From an uncultured Lentimicrobiaceae bacterium (GTDB lineage Bacteria; Bacteroidota; Bacteroidia; Bacteroidales; WCHB1-69), in the NCBI GenBank assembly GCA_964521105.1, contig CAZFPO010000001.1, positions 143-64,142 of the forward strand: 64,000 nucleotides of DNA, in the 5' to 3' direction. Shown here in pieces: positions 41,024 through 49,920 of the stretch. The notes below the pieces were generated by a model. The model made no database searches, was not told the origin of the DNA, and worked only from the letters and a program-made list of their open reading frames with translations. Made by a program: the position numbers and the translations under genes. Numbering within the stretch: position 1 is the stretch's first letter; every line of letters begins with the position of its first letter.

Positions 41024-41614
41024 TTAATTTAATACAGTGTAACTTATATTACTAAAGGCAATTGTAACTATTTGGATGTTATTTGCATCATTACTAACTA
41101 CCGTTTTTACTGACACATTGCCAGCTAATAGCTTAGCTTTTGCATCACATGAAGTAATGTTGATATAACTATTTACATCGGTGGCATCATTATTATAAAC
41201 GGTTTCCGCAATGTTAAAACTTAAATTACTTCCATCGCATAATGTGGTATCATTGTATGCTCTACAATCACATCTACTTGGCTCGATAAAATATTTTTTT
41301 GCTCTAATTCCTCCGGGTGTTGGATTATGAATGTCATAACACCATACCGAAAAGTTTAAATTATTGGCTCCACCTAAATTCGCAGCAACCGATAATGTTA
41401 TTCGATAAGTGCCTGCAAAAACGGTATCGGTATTAAGTTGGTACGAAATATTTGCACCCGAAAAGGTTGCCGATTGAACTGCACCATTTAAACTAAGTGT
41501 AAATGTTGGTTCTACTGGTTTAGGTGGCTCTGGGGTAGTTGTTTTTTCGCACGACACAAAGGCAATAATCCCTAAAACAATTAATACAAATGCTACATTT
41601 TTAAAATTTTTCAT
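41024..41614 (-). CDS. Lipoprotein of unknown function (paralog B)
   Basis: Lipoprotein signal peptide (IIAFVSC). Motifs CDGSNLSF / INITSC / YTVLN parallel CDGANIRY / VNITYC / YVILN of the neighbour. Confidence 0.65.
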   Translation of the reverse strand: MKNFKNVAFVLIVLGIIAFVSCEKTTTPEPPKPVEPTFTLSLNGAVQSATFSGANISYQLNTDTVFAGTYRITLSVAANLGGANNLNFSVWCYDIHNPTPGGIRAKKYFIEPSRCDCRAYNDTTLCDGSNLSFNIAETVYNNDATDVNSYINITSCDAKAKLLAGNVSVKTVVSNDANNIQIVTIAFSNISYTVLN

Positions 41615-41791
41615 ATTTTATCCTTTAAATGAACACCGTAAATTTAAACAAAAAATTGCAAATTCAACGATTAGTTAATTTTTTTTTTGTCATATTAAAT
41701 AAAAAAAACATTTTTACAATTTTATTTATACTCAAATTTCTGAATTTAGTTCCGCTTTTTGTTGTATTTTTACTTTCTAAAATTATTCATT

Positions 41792-43786
41792 ATGGCTTTC
41801 TTCCCCGAATATATCCGAAACGACGAGTATTTAATGCCCTTTAAAAATAAAATTATTCAAACATTAAGTTTATCGTTTCAGGCTGAGGCATATTTTGTCG
41901 AAAATTATAATGAAAAATTAAAAGATAAAATTAATGGACATCTATTTTATGGCGTTCATTTAATTAACGATGAATTTGTGTTTAGGGAGTGGATTGAAAA
42001 TGCTACTGCCGTTTACTTTTTATGTAGTGAATCAAATTGGACAAAAAATCAAAATTTTAAATTTTATCCCATAGGTGATGGAAATTGGGAGTTTAAAATT
42101 TCAAAAAGTCAATTTCAACATGCCGATTTTTATAAAATATTGGTCGAATGGAATGAAGGCACCGGTGAACGAATTCCAGCATGGGCAAATAGGGTAGTTC
42201 AAGATGAAAATACAAAATTGTTTGCGGCTCAGCTTTGGTTACCCCCAAATACATATCAATGGAAATTCGATAATCCGCCAAAACCTGAAACCATATTAAT
42301 TTATGAAGCTCATGTGGGAATGTCGCTCGAAGATGGTAAGGTAGCAAGTTTTAATGAATTTAAAAAATTTATTCTTCCCCGTATTTATAATGCTGGATAC
42401 ACGGTTTTACAATTGATGGCAATACAGGAACACCCTTATTATGGTTCGTTTGGATATCATGTTTCCTCTTTCTTTGCTGCTACTTCTCGTTTTGGTACAC
42501 CCGAAGAATTGAAAGAACTCATTGATGAAGCTCATGGACTTGGAATTTTGGTTATTATGGACATAGTACATTCTCATGCGGTTAAAAATGAAGTGGAAGG
42601 AATTAGTAAGTATGACGGAACGCTTAACCAATTTTTTCATGAAGGAAATCGAGGCTTCCACCAGGCATGGGATTCAAGGTGTTTTAATTACGGCAAACCT
42701 CAAGTGCTAAATTTTCTTCTATCTAATTGTAAATATTGGCTTGAAGAATATCATTTTGATGGATTTCGTTTTGATGGTGTTACTAGTATGATTTTTAAAA
42801 ATCATGGTCTTGAACAAGATTTTTTATCTTATGCTGATTATTTTAACGATAATTTAGACCAAGATGCCTTAGTTTATCTGCGATTAGCCAATAAATTAAT
42901 TCATCAAATAAATCCAAATACCATTACCGTTGCCGAAGATATGAGCGGTTTTCCGGGTATGGGCGTTAATATCGATAACGGAGGAATTGGCTTCGATTTT
43001 CGCATGGCAATGGGAATTCCTGATTATTGGATTAAAATTATAAAAGAATTTAAAGATGAAGATTGGAATGTAAGCGAAATGTATCAACGATTAACCGATA
43101 AAAGGTTTGACGAATATGTTGTTAGCTACGCCGAATCGCACGACCAAGCTCTTGTTGGCGACCAAACTATTATATTCAGACTAATAGGAGCCGAAATGTA
43201 TTGGCACATGGACGTGTCGCATCGTAATTTAATCGTGGATAGAGGTATTGCTCTTCATAAAATGATTCGACTAATTACTTGTGCCTCAGCTGGAGGTGCT
43301 TATCTTAATTTTATGGGCAATGAATTTGGTCATCCCGAATGGATTGACTTCCCTCGCGAAGGTAATAATTGGTCGTATCATTATGCTCGCCGTCAATGGA
43401 GCTTAATCGAGAATACAGAATTAAGATATCGTTTTCTTTGGCATTTCGACAACGCTATGATTGATTTGGTTAAACAAAATAGATTATTTAATTTCTCAAT
43501 AAATTATGTTTTCGCAAATGACCAAGATCAAGTATTGTCGTTTGTTCGCGGAAATTATCTTTTTGTTTTTAATTTTAATCCCGAAAAATCTTTTTTTGAT
43601 TATGGTTTTAAAGTAAATGATAATAGCAGTTGGCAAATTGTTTTAAATACCGACAATAAATTATTTGATGGTTTTAATCGGATAGATGAGTCATTAATTT
43701 ATAAGCCAATTCAAAACGGTATCGACTGGTTTTTAAAAGTTTACATTCCTGCTCGAACCGCTTTTGTTTTAAGAAAATTGGAATAA
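41792..43786 (+). CDS. glgB: 1,4-alpha-glucan branching enzyme (GH13, eukaryote-like subfamily)
   Basis: GH13 motifs DIVHSH, GFRFDGVTSM, AEDMSG, YAESHDQ. I prefer the ATG at 41792 (MAFFPEY...) over the TTG at 41759. Confidence 0.9.
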   Translation: MAFFPEYIRNDEYLMPFKNKIIQTLSLSFQAEAYFVENYNEKLKDKINGHLFYGVHLINDEFVFREWIENATAVYFLCSESNWTKNQNFKFYPIGDGNWEFKISKSQFQHADFYKILVEWNEGTGERIPAWANRVVQDENTKLFAAQLWLPPNTYQWKFDNPPKPETILIYEAHVGMSLEDGKVASFNEFKKFILPRIYNAGYTVLQLMAIQEHPYYGSFGYHVSSFFAATSRFGTPEELKELIDEAHGLGILVIMDIVHSHAVKNEVEGISKYDGTLNQFFHEGNRGFHQAWDSRCFNYGKPQVLNFLLSNCKYWLEEYHFDGFRFDGVTSMIFKNHGLEQDFLSYADYFNDNLDQDALVYLRLANKLIHQINPNTITVAEDMSGFPGMGVNIDNGGIGFDFRMAMGIPDYWIKIIKEFKDEDWNVSEMYQRLTDKRFDEYVVSYAESHDQALVGDQTIIFRLIGAEMYWHMDVSHRNLIVDRGIALHKMIRLITCASAGGAYLNFMGNEFGHPEWIDFPREGNNWSYHYARRQWSLIENTELRYRFLWHFDNAMIDLVKQNRLFNFSINYVFANDQDQVLSFVRGNYLFVFNFNPEKSFFDYGFKVNDNSSWQIVLNTDNKLFDGFNRIDESLIYKPIQNGIDWFLKVYIPARTAFVLRKLE

Positions 43787-43795
43787 AATAACCAA

Positions 43796-46700
43796 ATGAG
43801 TTCACAAAAACACACACCTAAAATAATAGTTCTATTTGTTCTTTACATTATTTGTTTTAGGGGAGTGGCTCAAAATGTTTCGTTTAAAATTAATCAACAT
43901 GTTAAAAGTAAATCTATGGCGATAATTAACGATTACACTATTTTTAAATCGGGTAACGGACCTTTGTTTAAATCCGCATTTATTATTACTAATGAGATGA
44001 TTGAGTTTCGGATAAATGAACCTAATATTTTTAAACCATCTGAAATAAGTGTATGGGAATATGATTATAATCGAAAAGATACAACATCGGATAGGTTTTT
44101 ATTTGTGAACCCTCAAACTCCATATTTTGAATACAAAAACGATACGATAATTTATATTCATTTCCCAATACTTGATTTTTCAAAAAATTATGTAATTGCA
44201 GTGGGTAATGAATTCATGAATGTATATCTCGATCCATCGATTGGTGGAATATTAGATTCTACATTCAACGCTTCGGAAGTAAATGATTTTGGGGTTCGTT
44301 TAAAAGGTAAAAACGCTCAATTTACTCTATGGTCGCCACCTGCATCAAGGGTCGAATTGATTCTATTCGATGAAAAACAAACCGAACTAAAAACTAAGCA
44401 ATTGCTTTTAATGTCGAAAGATTCAACAGGAGTTTGGCGGTTTGAGTTAAAACCCGAGATGCTAATTAATCCGCGTCCATTGGAAGGCTTGTATTATCAA
44501 TATAGAGTTTTTGCTTACGGAAAATCTTCCATCGCCTTGGACCCTTATGCTTTTTCCATGGCTGCATTTAATCCTAATGGTAACGATAATATTGGAAAAG
44601 CAGCTATTATTGATATGAAATCTGCAAAAGCTCGGGGTTTAAAGAAAAAAGTGGATTTTTCGAATTCCGATGTGATGTCGAATGAAAATGATTTAATTGC
44701 ATACGAAGCCCATGTTCGCGATTATACTATTCAGCCAAGTGCTGTTAAATCCGAGATTTCTGGAACTTTCTCGGGATTTTGTGAAAAAATACATCATCTA
44801 GCCGAATTGGGGATAACCCATGTTCAGTTTATGCCAGTAATGAATTTTTATACGGTTAACGAATTTGATAGGTCATACAAAGGAACAGATGCTCCCGAAA
44901 GCAATTATAATTGGGGGTACGATTCACATAGCTTTTTTTCCCTCGAAGGTTGGTTCTCAACAAATCCCGAAGACCCGTATGCTCGAATTTCGGAGTTTAA
45001 AGATTTAGTAAACAGTCTCCATTCAAAAAAAATTGGGGTGATATTAGATGTGGTTTACAATCATGTCTATTCCGTAGAAACATTCGAGAATGTGGCACCA
45101 GGTTGTTATTTTAGGTTAGATTCCGAATTAAACATTTCAAAACACACAGGTGCTGGACCAAGTGTCGAAACCCGAAGAAATATGGTACGAAAACTTATTT
45201 TGGAATCCTTGAAATTTTATGTGAAAGAATTTAAGGTAGATGGTTTTAGGTTCGATTTAATGGGCTTTATGGATCAGGAAATCATGAAATTAATTCGACA
45301 AGAAGTTGGAAAAACATACAATAGTAAAGATGTAAACGAGTTAATCCTACAAGGTGAAGCATGGGTTTTTTCCGATTTGGATACATCTACTGAGACCAAA
45401 GGAATTAATGCTGCAACGACAAAAATTAATCATGTTTCGGAAAACTTAAACATTGGTTTTTTTAACGACACTTCTCGAGATTCATACACCGGTAGACTCG
45501 AACAAAGGGGATTTGTTCAAGGTGAAGTAAACGAGATGGATAGGGTGGCAGCTGGCGTTATTGGCGGGATAAAAGGGTATAAGCTGGGAGCAATTTCATT
45601 TAATACCGATAGGTTTAATAATAGTTATAACTTATTTGCCGAATATCCAAATACATGCTTGAATTACCTTTCGATTCATGATGGCTTGACCTTATGGGAT
45701 AAAATTAATGCTTCATGGTCGGATAGTTCTGGAATTATTAGAGCAAGATTGATGAAACAAGCAAATGTGTTGTTGTTTACATCTCAAGGCAAAATAATTC
45801 TGCATGGTGGCGATGAAATGCTAAGAACTAAGCCTCTTTCAACTATTGATAAGGAGAAAAACCGAGCCATAAATACCGTTTATACCGATATTGAAGAGGG
45901 TGTTCAATATTTTCATGAAAATTCATATTGTTCAAACGATTACACCAATATGTTTCGATGGGATAGATTGAATAATCAGTTTGCACCAATTGCACGATCC
46001 ATGAAAGCTTATTATCAGGGACTAATTAGCATTCGAAGAGCGTTTCCGGGTTTGCGGATGAAAGAGGGAAAAAATATTCAAAAAGGAGTAAGGTTTATTG
46101 CAGATTATGAAGATAAATCGTCTTTACCTTTTATATATACTGATTTTTCTGACCCAAAATTATCGGAATTGAACATTAAATTCATCAACGGACCAAAATC
46201 GATTACGATGTATTTGGCGGGCGAAGTGCATCGTGTGAAATTAGATGGAAATCCTGTTGAAAACCCTTTTGAAGTTACTTTTGATAGTAATGGTAATGGA
46301 AAAATCCGTTTTACGAAAGAGCAAATAAATCAGTTTGATTTGGGTAAGTGGAGCGATAAAAGAGCATTGCACGTTAAATTAGTTAAATATCCTGGTTCGT
46401 GGTTAAGTATTGATGAATCCTATACTTCTTCAGGCAATAATGCCATTCGTCCCGAATATATTAACGAAAACATGGAAGTCATTATCGATTTATCCGTGAA
46501 AGATTATTCGCTTGGACCACAAACACAGCAATTTCGACCTGTTTTAGCATATATAATTGATAATACACTCGAAAAAGATTCTAAGATGAAATTCACAAAC
46601 GTGGAGAAAATCTTGGTTATTCATAACGTGTCGAACGAAAATCAGGAGGTTGTTGTTACTGACATTACCGATGAAACGAAATGGAAGGTGATTTGTGATG

Positions 46701-46834
46701 CTAATCAAGCAGGCTTAAACCCTTTAAAATATGATGGAAAAAATGTTGGAAACGGTTATACTGATGTTCTAATAAAAAATGGGAAGGTGATTATACCTGG
46801 TCATACATCAACAATAATTATAATGGAAAAATAA
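43796..46834 (+). CDS. pulA: Type I pullulanase / glycogen-debranching GH13 enzyme (secreted)
   Basis: 1012 aa with an N-terminal signal/anchor, a CBM48-like segment (FTLWSPPASRVELILFD) and motifs YNWGYD, DVVYNH, GFRFDLMG, GEAW, SIHDG. Confidence 0.85.
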   Translation: MSSQKHTPKIIVLFVLYIICFRGVAQNVSFKINQHVKSKSMAIINDYTIFKSGNGPLFKSAFIITNEMIEFRINEPNIFKPSEISVWEYDYNRKDTTSDRFLFVNPQTPYFEYKNDTIIYIHFPILDFSKNYVIAVGNEFMNVYLDPSIGGILDSTFNASEVNDFGVRLKGKNAQFTLWSPPASRVELILFDEKQTELKTKQLLLMSKDSTGVWRFELKPEMLINPRPLEGLYYQYRVFAYGKSSIALDPYAFSMAAFNPNGNDNIGKAAIIDMKSAKARGLKKKVDFSNSDVMSNENDLIAYEAHVRDYTIQPSAVKSEISGTFSGFCEKIHHLAELGITHVQFMPVMNFYTVNEFDRSYKGTDAPESNYNWGYDSHSFFSLEGWFSTNPEDPYARISEFKDLVNSLHSKKIGVILDVVYNHVYSVETFENVAPGCYFRLDSELNISKHTGAGPSVETRRNMVRKLILESLKFYVKEFKVDGFRFDLMGFMDQEIMKLIRQEVGKTYNSKDVNELILQGEAWVFSDLDTSTETKGINAATTKINHVSENLNIGFFNDTSRDSYTGRLEQRGFVQGEVNEMDRVAAGVIGGIKGYKLGAISFNTDRFNNSYNLFAEYPNTCLNYLSIHDGLTLWDKINASWSDSSGIIRARLMKQANVLLFTSQGKIILHGGDEMLRTKPLSTIDKEKNRAINTVYTDIEEGVQYFHENSYCSNDYTNMFRWDRLNNQFAPIARSMKAYYQGLISIRRAFPGLRMKEGKNIQKGVRFIADYEDKSSLPFIYTDFSDPKLSELNIKFINGPKSITMYLAGEVHRVKLDGNPVENPFEVTFDSNGNGKIRFTKEQINQFDLGKWSDKRALHVKLVKYPGSWLSIDESYTSSGNNAIRPEYINENMEVIIDLSVKDYSLGPQTQQFRPVLAYIIDNTLEKDSKMKFTNVEKILVIHNVSNENQEVVVTDITDETKWKVICDANQAGLNPLKYDGKNVGNGYTDVLIKNGKVIIPGHTSTIIIMEK

Positions 46835-46868
46835 GATAATTTAAGGCAAAATCTTTATAAATTAGTAT

Positions 46869-46876
46869 TACCTTTG
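46869..46876 (+). promoter_or_regulatory. Candidate -7 box TACCTTTG upstream of eno
   Basis: Matches TAnnTTTG, 47 nt upstream of the ATG at 46924. Confidence 0.3.
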
Positions 46877-46905
46877 CCTTAGAAATAAAATTAAAAACAA
46901 AATAA

Positions 46906-48207
<1,302 letters not shown>

Positions 48208-48240
48208 TCAAAATTTAATTTAAAAAACGGATTTATCTAT

Positions 48241-48278
48241 AGCGGAGTCTCCTAAAATGGACTCTGCTATTTTTTTTG
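48241..48278 (+). terminator. eno terminator: hairpin AGCGGAGTC-TCCTAAAATG-GACTCTGCT followed by a T8 run
   Basis: 9-bp stem (one G-T pair) followed by ATTTTTTTTG, 34 nt after the eno stop. Same palindrome family as 125-154. Confidence 0.7.
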
Positions 48279-48284
48279 TTCTCC

Positions 48285-48314
48285 CAGAAGAGTCTCCTGA
48301 AAGGGACTCTGTTG
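48285..48314. repeat. Palindrome family copy CAGAAGAGTC-TCCTGAAAGG-GACTCTGTTG
   Basis: Imperfect copy of the hairpin at 49367-49396. Forms the first part of the duplicated segment. Confidence 0.6.
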
Positions 48315-48320
48315 GCTGTT

Positions 48321-48405
48321 TTAATACTCATACCACGAAGCATTTTTGGATAGCTTTCAGCAATACGTTGAATTTGATTTTGAATTTTTTCGGGCTCAAT
48401 ATCTT
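48321..48405 (-). pseudogene. Duplicated, frameshifted 3' fragment of the gamma-carbonic-anhydrase-family gene
   Basis: Aligns with 49403-49488, the last ~28 codons of the intact gene. It encodes ...DIEPEKIQNQIQRIAESYPK, after which a 1-nt deletion shifts the frame. Confidence 0.75.
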
Positions 48406-48462
48406 CTTACCAGAACCATTGGGACCAGCAATAATAACAAGTTTTAGCTTATCAATATTCAT
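48406..48462 (-). pseudogene. 5' remnant (19 codons) of a P-loop NTPase/kinase gene
   Basis: ATG at 48462-48460 opens MNIDKLKLVIIAGPNGSGK (Walker A). The frame then runs into the duplicated gamma-CA fragment and stops after 44 codons. Confidence 0.6.
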
Positions 48463-48650
48463 TAATTGTTAGTCTTGTTGTCTGTTTTTAATTTTAAAGT
48501 TACCTGTGTTAAATGTTCAAGATTCTTGAAAAAAATTTCATTTGATTTTTGTGCTCGACGCCTTACTTCATCAGCTACTTCCATCATTAGAGCATGTAAT
48601 TGCTCATCGGTTGGTTCAAAGTCAGAACTGAATTTGTAGTTAATTTTCAT
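48462..48650 (-). CDS. Small hypothetical protein (62 aa), upstream partner of the truncated P-loop gene
   Basis: ATG-initiated ORF whose stop overlaps the P-loop ATG (TAATG). A TATTTTTG -7 box (reverse complement of 48667-48674) lies 16 nt upstream. No recognisable family. Confidence 0.45.
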   Translation of the reverse strand: MKINYKFSSDFEPTDEQLHALMMEVADEVRRRAQKSNEIFFKNLEHLTQVTLKLKTDNKTNN

Positions 48651-48717
48651 TTAATCAATTTTAATACAAAAATATGCTAATTTACTTTTGTAAAAATATT
48701 TTTGAATATATTATTTG

Positions 48718-48778
48718 AAAATGACTCTGCTATTTTTTTATGTTCTCCCAGAAGAGTCTCCTGAAAGGGACCTGTTGG
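48718..48778. repeat. 61-nt copy of 48254-48315 (right half of the eno terminator, T-run and a degenerate palindrome)
   Basis: AAAATGACTCTGCTATTTTTTTATGTTCTCCCAGAAGAGTCTCCTGAAAGGGACCTGTTGG versus AAAATGGACTCTGCTATTTTTTTTGTTCTCCCAGAAGAGTCTCCTGAAAGGGACTCTGTTGG. Confidence 0.7.
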
Positions 48779-48795
48779 ATTTGCAAAATAATATT

Positions 48796-49335
48796 TTATT
48801 TTTTACTGATATACCATTTGTCGCATAATTTTTTATTATATGTTTCGTCCGGATTACCAGGATTATATGCTACATTGAAAAACTGAAATTCAAAGAAATA
48901 TCTCTTTTCTTCATATCTTCTAATGCTAATTTCAAATATTGAATTTTCAATGCAAAAATTATAGAGTGAAAGTGCAAGAGATATTTTATTGTAATAATTT
49001 TTCAATTTTAGCAAGGTGTCTGTTATTTCATAAAAAATTGTATCCATAGGATTAGTAATTCCTTTAATGTATACTTTACATTTTTTCTCATTTTTTTTTG
49101 TAAATTTTGAGATTATTAGAGATGTACTGTCATTAAAACATATTACATACCCATATTCAGAACGTGCAAAAATTGAATGAACATCCACAAATAATGTATC
49201 ATAAAAGCCAACTGTTTTTTCACAAAACAAGCTATTGATTCTTTTTTCTTCAATAATAGACCTTTTTTGGCTAAAGATTGAATTAGGTAAAAATAATGTG
49301 ATTAATAAAGAAATTATTAATGTGTTTTTTGTCAT
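48796..49335 (-). CDS. Hypothetical secreted protein (179 aa)
   Basis: N-terminal signal peptide (LIISLLITLFLPNSIFSQ). No recognisable domain. Lies inside the segment bracketed by the 116-nt duplication. Confidence 0.5.
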   Translation of the reverse strand: MTKNTLIISLLITLFLPNSIFSQKRSIIEEKRINSLFCEKTVGFYDTLFVDVHSIFARSEYGYVICFNDSTSLIISKFTKKNEKKCKVYIKGITNPMDTIFYEITDTLLKLKNYYNKISLALSLYNFCIENSIFEISIRRYEEKRYFFEFQFFNVAYNPGNPDETYNKKLCDKWYISKK

Positions 49336-49366
49336 AACAATTATCTCTTATTTGTATTTATTTCCT

Positions 49367-49396
49367 CAACAGAGTCTCCTAAAAGGGACTCTGTTG
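49367..49396. repeat. Palindrome family copy CAACAGAGTC-TCCTAAAAGG-GACTCTGTTG
   Basis: Perfect 10-bp arms, 7 nt downstream of the gamma-CA stop codon (minus strand). Confidence 0.65.
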
Positions 49397-49402
49397 GCTG
49401 TT

Positions 49403-49918
49403 TTAATACTCATACCACGAAGCATACTTAGGATAACTCTCAGCAATTCGTTGAATTTGGTTTTGAATTTTTTCGGGCTCAATATCTTTTACTTTTTTGG
49501 CTGGAATTCCCGCGTATATAGACCCTGTCTCAATGTGTGTGCCTTCAAGCACAACAGCACCTGCTGCAACAATCGAATTGCTTTCGATGACCACACCATC
49601 CATAACAATTGCACCCATTCCAATCAACACATTGTCGTGAATATGGCATCCATGAACAATTGCTCGATGAGCAATGGAGACATTATTTCCAATTTCGACA
49701 TTAAATTTTTGATAAGTACAGTGTATAATAGCAGCATCTTGAACATTGACGTTGTTGCCTAAACGAATGCTGTGAACATCGCCTCGAACCACGCTGTTAA
49801 ACCAAAATGTACAATTATCACCACAAATTACATCTCCGGTAATGGTAGCGTTATCTGCAATAAAGCAATTGCTGCCAAAATTTGGTTCGATTCCTTTAAC
49901 AAATTTAATAACAGCCAT
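49403..49918 (-). CDS. Gamma carbonic anhydrase family protein (left-handed beta-helix, YrdA/PaaY-like)
   Basis: 171 aa with hexapeptide repeats throughout and the typical N-terminus ...FIADNATITGDVICGDNCTFWFNSVVRGDV.... Confidence 0.85.
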   Translation of the reverse strand: MAVIKFVKGIEPNFGSNCFIADNATITGDVICGDNCTFWFNSVVRGDVHSIRLGNNVNVQDAAIIHCTYQKFNVEIGNNVSIAHRAIVHGCHIHDNVLIGMGAIVMDGVVIESNSIVAAGAVVLEGTHIETGSIYAGIPAKKVKDIEPEKIQNQIQRIAESYPKYASWYEY

Positions 49919-49920
49919 AA

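Noticed and set aside
41792-46834. glgB plus pullulanase as a polysaccharide utilisation locus
   Set aside because: No SusC/SusD pair or hybrid two-component regulator is adjacent. The pair is better explained as glycogen or alpha-glucan metabolism.
48257-49762. Plus-strand ORFs 48257-48472 and 49235-49762
   Set aside because: Both read through the palindromes and the antisense of the gamma-CA gene or its duplicated fragment. Their mutual similarity only reflects the DNA duplication.
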